A DNA stretch of 64,000 nt from the human T2T-CHM13v2.0 reference genome, Homo sapiens. The translations under genes were made by a program, and so were the position numbers. This document shows, piece after piece, positions 53,811-64,000 of this stretch; the stretch's first letter is position 1; each line of letters starts with the position of its first letter. Under the pieces are notes generated by a model. It was not told the origin of the DNA. It saw nothing but the letters and a program-made list of their open reading frames with translations, and ran no database searches. The stretch lies in NCBI RefSeq assembly GCF_009914755.1, contig NC_060946.1, one strand, 5' to 3'.

Positions 53811-54679
53811 CTTCCAAGGGAATCGGTCTTGGCTGAGGAGGAGGGCTGGGTGGCTCCGTGGGGGGTCGTCATACCAGCAAGCCGCCTGACTAAACACTCC
53901 CCCGCCGAACCACAGATCTTGTGCTGCACAAAAAAGAATGAAACCCACCCAGAGTGGGGCTGGGGGCTGCATGGGGAAGAGCTGAAGTCTGAGAATCTTG
54001 GACTGGACTTCGAACTCTGCCCTTTCACTGGCTGGTGACCTCACCTCAGGCATTGCTGCACTTCCAAGCTCTTCATTTGCAAAATGAGGGACCAGCTCTG
54101 TATCCCCTGGTTGGGGGCGGGGGGGCGCGCAGAGGGGGCTGTCGGGAGGATGGAATGAGATAGACCAGAAGGCTCTGGAACCTTGGAGATAACAAGGGAG
54201 CTCATTCAGGTCAAATGCCATTCTGGAATGAAAATGTGTCACCAGTTTTGTTCAAAGCAGGGCCTGCAACAACAACATGTCCCTGATTGAATTCCACAGA
54301 GCTTTCCCTGGAGGGAGAGGCCCTGTGGCTCATGCCAGCTCCTACAACCATGCACAGCGCACACTGGTGCCGGGATTTGCCTGCTGACCCATAAAGGGTT
54401 AACCTGCCAACCTGACTAGCTGTGTTCTTGCAACTTGTATTTTTTTGAGTATGTACTATGTTCACGCCAGAGGGGGCCTCCACTGACACCCTGAGCTCTG
54501 AGGTCTTCTCTCCCACAAGAAGGCAGAGGAGGGTTGGGAGGTAAAGAGAAATGGAGAGGGTCCCCCAGGTATCCAACATCGTTCTCAGCCTCTGGCCTGG
54601 TGGTCAGTGGCCTTCCCTCCCATTGCTCCAGAGACCGTCCATTGTCAACCACCTCAAATCCATGAGCGTTACACATTTC

Positions 54680-55197
54680 TCCACTTGCTGGTTTGTCAAC
54701 CCCTCATGGGCCTCTATTCTTTCCCTTCTCTGTATCCCCAACCTTGACCGTTGGCAAGGAAGGGCACCCAGTGCCCTTCCTCTCTGACTCTAGGATCAGC
54801 CAAGTGACTTGCTTTGTCAACGGGATGTTAGCAAACGTGAGGCAAGTGGAAGTATCAAAAGCACTGTGTGATTGGGCTCACTCTCACTTTTGTACCTCTG
54901 CCAAGGCCATGAGGACATACTCGAGCTAGTCTGCTGGAGGATGAGACATGTGAGGCTGAGCCCAGTCATCCCAGCCATGCCAGATGAAGCCAGTCTAGAT
55001 CAGCCAGCTGCCAACCAGGACTTGTAAACCCAGCCAAGATCAGCCAAGCCCAGCCCAGAGCTGCCCAGCCCAGCAAGCCTGGCAGAGACGCTGAACCTCA
55101 TGAATACATGAGCTAAATATATGTCCAAGGTTGAATCCACTGAGTGTCAGTGGCTGTTTGTTATGCAGCATTATTGTGGTCATAGGTAACTGATACA
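54680..55197 (+). mobile_element. MLT1G/H-type MaLR solo LTR
   Basis: GTGACTTGCTTTG; end TGTTTGTTATGCAGCATTATTGTGG..AACTGATACA. Confidence 0.8.
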
Positions 55198-55709
55198 CTT
55201 GCCAGCTCCTGAGCCTTGATATATGCCCAGTTAAACTCACTTTCTTTGCCTCCAAGCTGCCCACTGAGACACCATCACTCTTCCCACTGGGCACCAGAAG
55301 CTGTGCCATAAATTTCACCCCTAAGCATCTCTGAATTTGGACTCCTCTTACCTGACCATCAGTCAGGCTCCTGTGCCTGGATTACTGCCACAGCCACCAC
55401 CTGTGAACTAGTCTCCCCCATCTAGTATTGTCCCTGCCAACTTCTTACCAATTCAGCCCCCAGGAAGAATTTTCTAAATGTGTATCTACTTAAGACCATC
55501 CACCACCAGCCAGAAATGCACTCCATCCTGGCTCACCTCCCCAAATGTCTACTCATATTTTACTCCTCTGGGGGTCCTTCACTCCAGCACATGGAACTAC
55601 CACACTCTTTTCTGCAAACATCATCCTGTTTCATGACTCTGTGCCTTTGCATACACTGTTCCCACTACCAAAGATGCTCTTCCCTGCTTCTTCTATCTTG
55701 GCAATTTCT

Positions 55710-56075
<366 letters not shown>

Positions 56076-58299
56076 TAAACAACTGCAGGTGTCACCCTCT
56101 TCAGGAAATTGCAAGCTGTCCCAAGGACGAAATGCAGCAGCCCAGGTAAGAACTTCTTATCTGTGGGACATAATTCACCTTCTTCCTGCAACTGTCAGAA
56201 AGCTTGGAGTGAGATTTTGAGCTTTGACCTCCACCAGTCTGCTGTGGGGGACACACAGCCATTGGACACACTGGACTGGTTTTAAATCCCCACTTGTCCT
56301 CTCCCTGGCTGGGACTTCAGCTCTCTGGGCCTCAGTGTTCTTAGCAGTCCCAAGTTCCTGGTGGAATGTTAGAGCTGAGGACCCACACAGCCATGCAGGC
56401 AACACAAGATCTCACGGGGTCATCCCTGACCCCACTGTGCACAGGGGAATGCTGAGGCTTCAAGAGGCCAAATGGCATGCCCAAGGCCACGTAACTTTAG
56501 TGCTGGCAGGCCTGGAGTTGGAGGTACACCCCCAGGGCTGAGCGGTCTCAGAGGTTCCCACCACCATCTTCCCTTCCCCTACCTCGCTCTCTCCCCCTCC
56601 CAAGACCCATTTGATCACTCTCCTCCTGTTTCATTCCAGCAGTGGCCCTGACCTCTGTCCCAGGGGCCAGCATTAGATTACAGATAAAGCTCAGCCAGGC
56701 AGGCAGGAGAGCCCCTCCCCCACCCATGACCTCTGCCAACAGATGAGTGGGGTGGGGGAGAGGCAGAGGCGAGGTTGCAGAGCAGAGGGAGGAGATAAGA
56801 CCATTCAAGCAAACTGGGGTGGTGGGACAAGAGTTGGGAGCCCAGGGCACCCCTGGGAGCTGGGAGAGACTATGAGTCACAAATGGGAAAACAGGTTTGT
56901 CCCGCATCCCACGACTCTCAGTGACTAGTGTGGGAACAGAACTCCTGATCCAGTGCTCCTCCAAGTGGCGAGAACGAGCCCCACCTGACCTCAGATGGAG
57001 CTCTTCCTTTCCCAGAGCCCTGGGCAGGCAAGGGGTTTGTTTATCCTCTCTACAACCCAGAGAGGTGGGTAACAGCGACACGCCTGGACCTATTTTACAG
57101 ATGGAGCAACTGAGGCCCTGAGTGTTGCACTGCCACACCCAACATCTTGCAGAGAGACCGTAGAGGAGCTGGGATAAACCCCAGCCCACTGCCTCCACTT
57201 CAGCGTAGACATGGATGTTCCTAGATCCTAAAGTGGAGAGGGTGGGGAGTGGCAGGGCTGGAAGGCACTAATGTTTTTGGCACCTACTATGTGCTGGTGC
57301 CTGGATTCGAAGGTATGTGGGACAGGTGTGGCCCCCACCCTTTCAGAGCTCACAGCCACAGTCCTTCTGTAGGACACAGAAACACAGGCCGGACAGTGCG
57401 GTAACAGAAGACCCAGTCATTGCTATGCCTGTTTCACACATGCGGAAAAGGAGCTCAGAGCTCAGGTGGAGACTTGGTTCCCCACCCTGGACTTCCTTTT
57501 CCACCAACTCACCGCCCTCCTCACAGTCAGGACCTTCCTAGACTGGATTCTCAAGTTCTAAAGGCTGGGTCAGCCTTTGCTTGTTCCTGTGGGAGATGCA
57601 GAGGCCTGGCTGGTCACAGCAAGCCATGGGTATCCACCAGTCACCCACCCATGGCCTTGAAGGTTTCAAGAGGGGCTCCCCAGACAGGGGCCAAAGTGCA
57701 GTCTCCCCGGATACCAGGGGGACTCTGGATGCTGTGGAGTCTTGGGATGAGTGTATCACTTACAGTGGGGTGTAGACACACAGGCGAGCAATGCACGTAC
57801 AGGTGCAGACACACACACACATGCATGCACACATGCACACAATCATGTTGGCCTTGGAAGCAGCTAGTCTGTAGCCACTAGACATCAGGGCCAAGACCAA
57901 AGCAAACAGAGAAATCAAATTTCTCTCAAAATCCCTTGCAATGTGTTCCTGTGGGGCTGAGAAATCCTTCCATTTCATGGGTTGTGAAAGATGCCGACTC
58001 CGAGACAAGATAACGGGATTTATTTCGCAAGCCCAGTGCGTTCCTGCAGGGCCGCCCCTTCCCACTCTTCTCAAATTTTTCACCCTCCTTGGCATCCCTG
58101 GAGAAGCCTCAGAGACCATCAAGTCCCCGGCGAGCTCATTTAACAGACAGGGAGACTGAGGCCGGGGTAGGAGGTGAGGGAGACAGAACTTGCCCAAGGT
58201 CACCTGGGGCCAGGAAGTGAATCAAACTCAGGCCTGTCTGAGGCCAGGCCGGGGATTCCGACCTCCTCCTGTTAGAATTCCGGAAAATCATCTCAGGAT

Positions 58300-58680
58300 C
58301 TTTTTCGGTTTTCTTTTTTTTCTGGCCCTTACTTGCTCTTCTCTGTTTGTCTCTCTCCATTTAAAAAAATTCTCTCCTTAATCCTTCCTCTCCTTGCCCC
58401 TACTCCTAAGACTCTCTCTCTGTCTCTTTCTCAGGGGCTCACTCTCTCTTTCTTCATTTCTCTACCTCCTTTTCCCTCCCACACCATCTCCATCATTCTC
58501 TCTCCCTTACCTCAATTGTCTCCTTGTCCTCCCTTTTGCTCCTAAAGCCCTTCCCCTCTCTTCTGCACCTTTCTTGCAGGCCTACTCATGCCCTTCACAC
58601 ACTCACCTAATTTGGGGGCTGCCCTCTGCCTCCCTGCCTCCACCAGCATCGCCTTTGCCAGATCCCCTACCTTTAGCTCC
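58300..58680 (+). repeat. Pyrimidine-rich (CT) low-complexity tract
   Basis: Read directly. Confidence 0.8.
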
Positions 58681-58687
58681 AAAGCAC

Positions 58688-58701
58688 ATGCCACCTAGAG
58701 G
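58688..58701 (-). promoter_or_regulatory. Candidate CTCF core motif
   Basis: Minus strand CCTCTAGGTGGCAT versus consensus CCASYAGRKGGCRS (12/14). Confidence 0.4.
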
Positions 58702-58799
58702 GTCCTAAACCAGCTAGGAAGCCCCCACCCGGGACCACCAGGCCCCAACCCCGGCTGTATTTGCAGCCACAGAGGAGCCCCCCACCCAGAGTGAGAACA

Positions 58800-59080
58800 G
58801 ACACCTGATGGAAGCGGGGCTGGGGCCGAGCAGCTGTGAGCCCTGATTAAAGCACGCACTTCTTCCCGGCTGCCTGGTTTGCATTACATCCGGCCGGGCG
58901 GGCTCCAGGCTGACAGCTGGACGCACTTTTCCAGGGCGCAAGGAAGGCAGTCAGACCGTGTGTGTGCACACATGCGTGGGCTCCGTCCCGGACAGGCCCG
59001 TAATGGCTTTCACATGGAGAATGCAGCAAACTTCTCCAACCTCAAGCACCGATTTTCCTGTCAAGAGATGTTGGATTCCA
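58800..59080. promoter_or_regulatory. CpG-retaining candidate enhancer or promoter-like element
   Basis: Many CpGs; CAGCTG 58831, TGATTAA 58844, GTTTGCAT 58877, GGGCGG, TGACAGCTG 58911. Confidence 0.5.
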
Positions 59081-60089
59081 AAAAAAAAAAAAAAAAAAAA
59101 AATTATAATCACAAAGAAAAGGGCTTTGGAATTTGCACAAAAGGGTCAGACCCTGTGAAGTCAGATTCTGAAATGGAACCAGAATCTGGAGACAATGGAA
59201 GGAGGAAGAAAGAGGGAGGGAGAAAGACCCTAGTGTCTGTCCTCAGCGGCTGCGGCCAGGGCTGGAGAGGTGTTCATGGCCCAGGAAGGACAGAAAAGAA
59301 ACCACTGCCTGAGGGTCTGGCTCAGCTCTGCAATCCCTCCTCCCCAGGTAGGACAGACAGCCCAGGGGTATGAGGCCAGGTTCCAGCATTTGACTGTGGG
59401 TTTGAATCCAAACTCCTTTGCTGACTGCAGTGATAGAACTTACCAAGTATCAGCTTCCCCCTCTGTTAAACGGGGCTCCTGTGCCTCATTCCTGGGGCTT
59501 CAGAGAAATTCGCTGAGCTGAGACTTGCACACCCGTCAGCTCATGGCTTGAACCTCTCCTAGCTGTCGTGAGCTTGTCCTCCCTGGAGAAGAGTGCTGGA
59601 GCAGAAGGCAACAAACCCCGATCCATTCTGGCTTTGCCTGTTGGGTTATCTCAGGCTCAGTTTGCCCATCTGCAAAATGCGCACACAGGACACTGAGCCC
59701 TCCTGCGTCCTGCTAGTTTCCTGACCTGCCCTAGAGCCTGACTCACAGAGGGACTCACGGGACAGGGCACCACTGCTCCTCCCTGTTTCATGGCCTTTGC
59801 CCATGCACACCCCCTGCCTGGAACACTCTTCCTCTGACCCAAAGGCCCCTTGGGAGATGACCCCTCCTGGAAAAGGCCTCTCTGACCCCAGCAGATAGGA
59901 TTTCACTCGTGTAGCCCTGGACATCCTTTTTATGACACCTATTACCTCTAGGAAGCCTCATTCAATATCTTCCTGGGGATTTTTGGACCCTAGGCTCCGT
60001 GACAGGCCCGAACCTGCCATGGTCCCCTTTGCCCCTGCTGAAGCCCGCAGCACCCAGCACTACGATTGCATGTCTAATCACAGGAAATC

Positions 60090-60371
60090 CACTTTGGGAG
60101 GCTGAGACAGGAGGATCCCTCAAGGCCAAGAGTTCAAGACCAGCCTGGGCAACATAGTGAAACCCCGTCTCTACATAAATAAAAATAAAAAATAAAAACA
60201 AATTAGCCAGGTGTGGTGGCACATGCCTGTAGTCCTGGCTACTACGGAGGCTGAGGTGGGAGGATCACTTGAGCCCAGGAGGTTGAGGCTTCAGTGAGCT
60301 ACGATTGTACTACTGCACTCCAGTCGGGGTGACAGAGTCAGGTCCTGTCTCTAATGAATAATAATAATAAA
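60090..60371 (+). mobile_element. AluJ SINE, 5'-truncated, (AAT)n tail
   Basis: CACTTTGGGAGGCTGAG...GATCACTTGAGCCCAGGAGG. Confidence 0.92.
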
Positions 60372-60524
60372 CTATTTATTTTTATTATATAAATGTATAG
60401 TAACTATTATTATTATAAGATATTAAATACTTATAGAACACCAGTCATGCGTGAGGCCCTGCAGTCACAGCAGTGAATGAGTGAATGAATGAATGAATGA
60501 ATGGTGATAAATGAAAGCACGAAC

Positions 60525-60765
60525 TTATAGGACACTTATTGGTGTACGTCTGAGCTGAGTCCTCTACATGAATCATCTTATTTAATTCCCACATCAACAC
60601 CAGAAGGCAGGTGCTGTTATTATCCCCACTTCACAGATGAGGAAGCTGAGGCCCAGAGATGTTAGGCAACTTGTAAAAGGCCACACAGCCAGGGCAGTGG
60701 AGACAAAATCCAATCCCAGGCAGTCTGGTTCCAGAGCTTATGGGCCCAGCCACCAGACTAGACTG
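60525..60765 (-). mobile_element. MIR SINE, near full length
   Basis: TTATTATCCCCACTTCACAGATGAGGAAGCTGAGGCCCAGAGA..CCCAGGCAGTCTGG. Confidence 0.88.
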
Positions 60766-61294
60766 GAGCCCACAGGAGGGGATCATGAGGGTTGTTTGAA
60801 GACATGTTTCCTTCTGCCCGCCTGGGACAGCAGGTACCTGGGAGTAAGTGCCGGGGCTGGCTCATTTCTGCAAGGAGCAGCCTGGGATGCAGAACAGAGA
60901 GGCAGGGGCTGGCCAGCCTGAGAAGTGGCTCCAGATCCTCCATGGGACAGTTTGCGCCCATTTGACCACTGTGAGATGTGGAATCAGACATGACTCTGAA
61001 TCTCCCCTTCCCTGCCCTTCACCTAGAAAGGGACCGCTGACGTTCTGTGTGACCTCTGGCAGAACACCTACCCCCAGAATCTTGGTGTGCTCATCTGGGC
61101 AATGGGAATGATAAAATCTGCCCTGCAAACACACACCACACACATCCACCCAGCTAGGGGCTGGGCATGGCCAGGAGCTGAACCCTGGGGACTGTTTCAG
61201 GGGCAGCCAGGGCAGCAGCTGGGGAAGGACTCGAGCCTCCCCAGCCCAGCTGGCTTCTGGCGGGGGTCCAGCCTGGCCACAGCCACCAGTCCTC

Positions 61295-61590
61295 CAGGCT
61301 TAATATCCTTGGCGGCAAGGCTAGAATAAGCTGTCTTTCAAGAGGGGAGCTTTATTTATACGCCGATGCCAGTCGCGCTCCTGCTATTAGAAATCTCATC
61401 GGCTCCTTTGATTTAGGGCTTACCACAAGCTGCCAATCGCGGCCGCCTCCTGGCCCAGCCCTGCAGCTCGGCCAGCCTTGTTCCGGCTCACAGCAGCAGA
61501 AACGAACATTATTTAATTTCCCGCCAGCGGGCAGTGAAAGCCGGAGCTCCCCCTCCCGCTGGACGTATTTATTTAATCCTTTTTGGAAAT
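61295..61590. promoter_or_regulatory. CpG-retaining candidate enhancer (TCF/LEF, RUNX, CCAAT and E2F motifs)
   Basis: CCTTTGAT 61405, ACCACA 61422, CCAAT 61433, GCGGCCGC 61439, TTTCCCGCCA 61517. Confidence 0.55.
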
Positions 61591-61764
61591 AGTGTCTGGG
61601 GATGGATCTGAAGGCCAGCCCTGGGGACTCTGCTAATCCCCCAGGCCTGGGCAGGCGGGGCCTTGGGGTGGAGACTGAGTGAGGCCTCTTGGGAGGATTC
61701 TAGAGGAACCTCAACCTGGGAGCCCAGGGCGATCTGCCACTCACTGACCCCTGAGGTGTCTGCT

Positions 61765-62182
61765 TGGGAGGTGTCACCAGCAGACTTCGAGATAAGCACT
61801 GCAGGGCTAGTTTATCTGGGAGGGGGATCCCAGGATGTATCAACAGGGGATGGGGACTTGAGGCAAAGAGGGGAGGTGGTCAAGTCTGGCTGCCATTAAG
61901 CAGCCAGTTTTTGCTGTGGGTGACTGGGGCTCAGTTGTGCTGAGGACCTTTTGCAAGAACACTCACCTCAGAGTCATCCGCCCAAGGAGCAAGGAAACCA
62001 GGGTATTTATACTCCAGCTCCCATCTGTCATTGGTGGAGGGCTGCTTCCCCCAGGAAGGGGCATTTATTCCCTACACTCCTCTTCCTTCTACACTGGGGC
62101 CAAGCAGGCGCCTGCAGACATCTCCCCACCTTGCAGGCGAGTGGTGAGTGACAGGAGGATATGGGCAGAGCACCAACCACTT
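61765..62182 (-). mobile_element. LTR33-like ERVL solo LTR
   Basis: TAGTTTATCTGGGAGG..ATCCCAGGA; CTGTGGGTGACTGGGGCTCA; GGGTATTTATAC; GATATGGGCAG.GCACCAAC. Confidence 0.65.
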
Positions 62183-62194
62183 GAAGCTATTTAT

Positions 62195-62490
62195 CCTCCT
62201 TGTCACCTGTCAACTCTTTCTCTTTCTTTAGCCTCTGCCCAAAAGACACCTCCTCCAGGAAGCCCTCCTTGACCACCCCAGGAAAAATCTTATCCATTAC
62301 CATCTTGTCATTCAGATATTTCCTTCCGAACATATAGCATGTGCCAGGATTATCCATTTACTTACTTGTTTGTGGGTTTACTGCCTATCACTCCCACTAG
62401 ACTGGAAGCCTCCTGAAGCAGGGGGTCATGTGTATCTTAATCTGCATTGCAGCCCTTGCACACAGTAGGCACTCAACAACTATTTTTGGA
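62195..62490 (+). mobile_element. L2 3' end
   Basis: CACCTCCTCCAGGAAGCC; CCCACTAGACTG; CACAGTAGGCACTCAA. Confidence 0.8.
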
Positions 62491-63239
62491 ATGGGGGTGG
62501 GGACTCCTGATTTATGTAATTCAGGCCCTGCGTCGCTTACCACAGTGCTTGGCAGTAGGCTAGGCTCCTTACATGTGATGATGGTTCCTTTAACACTCAG
62601 CCAAGCTTTCAAGGATGGGATCAGCACACCCATTTGACAGATTGGAAAGGTGAATGTACCGAGAAGATGCTGCATCAAACTCAGCTGTGGGTTTGCATAG
62701 CACCAAATCTTACTCCGCTCTCCCTGCAGCCCCAGAGAGTGGATGGAAAGGTTTTCTGGGTTTCATTTCACAGCTGTGAGAATTGGGGCCCTCTGGGATA
62801 CGCCCCCATCAGGCGGGGAGACAACGGGGATCCAGGCCGCATAGAGTCTATGATGTCTTAAGCACTGGAGGGTATCAGTAGAGAGAAGTATGAGAAGTAT
62901 GAGAAAGTGCTGAAGAAATCACGGGATGCTTCCTGGAGAAGGTGACTCTTCTTTTCCTATTATAAATATTAAAATGAGAAAGAAAATCAGTCTCTTTGGG
63001 AAAGCAGGAAATTCAAAATATTTGATGACCCAGAAGCCCTGGCAGCACAGAGCCTAGAGACTTGTTTGCACAAAACACTCCCAAAGCAGAAATGTTTTAT
63101 ATGTAATATAATGTATAATACGAGGTTTTATATGTCATCATTTTAATACGTCATGATGCCAAATTGTCCAAGCTAAAAGGCTAAATACAGAAAAGTTAAA
63201 GATGAAAGGGGAAGAGGAAGACACTGAGGTCAAGGTGGC

Positions 63240-63490
63240 AAAAGTAGACAAAGTGCAGGAGGGAGGAGGCATTTTCCCTGGGCAATTGATTCAGCACCGA
63301 GGCGCTTCTGGAGCCTTTGTCTATGTGACGTGGTTGTGGCAGCAGCCCGTTGAGTGTTAATTGTCCATGAGTTCTAATAGGTGTAATATTCTCGAGTGTT
63401 ACATGTGCATTAATTAAGTAACACTGCATTTAGCCCCAAATCATGCAAAAGGCTTGTGTGGTGTTTGCAGAGGCATAAATATCCTCACAG
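63240..63490. promoter_or_regulatory. Candidate conserved enhancer (T-box-like, homeodomain and SOX motifs)
   Basis: AGTGTTAC 63395-63402 and GTAACACT 63418-63425 around TTAATTAA; AGGTGTAA 63379; CCTTTGT 63315. Confidence 0.5.
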
Positions 63491-63651
63491 TTAGTGAGTT
63501 GCTGGCACTGTTTTCTCTCTGCCCACAGCAGTCCAAAAACATAGATTGAGAGAAATGGGAAGTGGTGGAAACAGGAAGGAGTGCGAAGGGTGAGGAAAGC
63601 CTCTGCCACCCTCCAGACCAGGAGGAAAGAAGAATTAAAGATGAGATACAT

Positions 63652-63860
63652 ACATAGTATAGCCAGTGGGCTTTGAAGTCAGACAGATGCAAGTTTGAAT
63701 CCCAGCACAGTCACTGACTTACTGTGTGATCTTGGACAAGTGGCTTGGCTTCTCTGAGCCTCAGAAAGCAAGAATCATAATAGGACCCTCCCCTTAAAAA
63801 GTGGTTGTGAGCAGTCAGTGGGATGAGGCATGGAAGGAGCTTAGTGCAAAGTGCTTTATA
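63652..63860 (+). mobile_element. MIR SINE
   Basis: GCTTTGAAGTCAGACAGA..TTTGAATCCCAGC..CTGTGTGATCTTGGACAAGT. Confidence 0.85.
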
Positions 63861-64000
63861 ATGTATGGGATGATGGGGGTCGCGGTGGGAGTGGTAATTT
63901 AGGGGTCCTGTGACAGACCTGGATTTCGCTAAATTGGGATGAGAGCCCAGGTGAGGGCTGGTGTAGGGGATACTTTGGGATTATGGGAAGCAAGAACCGC

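Noticed and set aside
54464-54478. CTCF motif ACGCCAGAGGGGGC
   Set aside because: Mismatches at key core positions
56548-57198. 216-aa minus-strand ORF
   Set aside because: Overlaps a MIR fragment; no recognisable protein features
63289-63310. REST/NRSE site
   Set aside because: Only the left half TTCAGCACC matches; GGACAG is absent at the canonical spacing

Overview
Primate, very probably human, non-coding genomic DNA. It contains 19 Alu elements or monomers (J, S and FAM/FRAM types), dense MIR and L2 relics, old L1M fragments, MLT1/LTR33-type solo LTRs, hAT and piggyBac MITEs, microsatellites and low-complexity tracts. I see no credible protein-coding exon, RNA gene, CRISPR array or prokaryote-type system. 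The long ORFs in the track are explained by simple repeats, Alus or chance. The main unexplained structure is a series of about 15 repeat-free islands of 100-750 bp. They retain CpGs and are rich in homeodomain, POU, SOX, GATA, TCF and T-box motifs, and they look like conserved developmental enhancers in a gene desert or large intron. One of them appears to be built on an ancient CR1 LINE 3' end. Repeat family names come from my recall of consensus sequences and boundaries are approximate. Conservation and enhancer activity are inferred, not measured.
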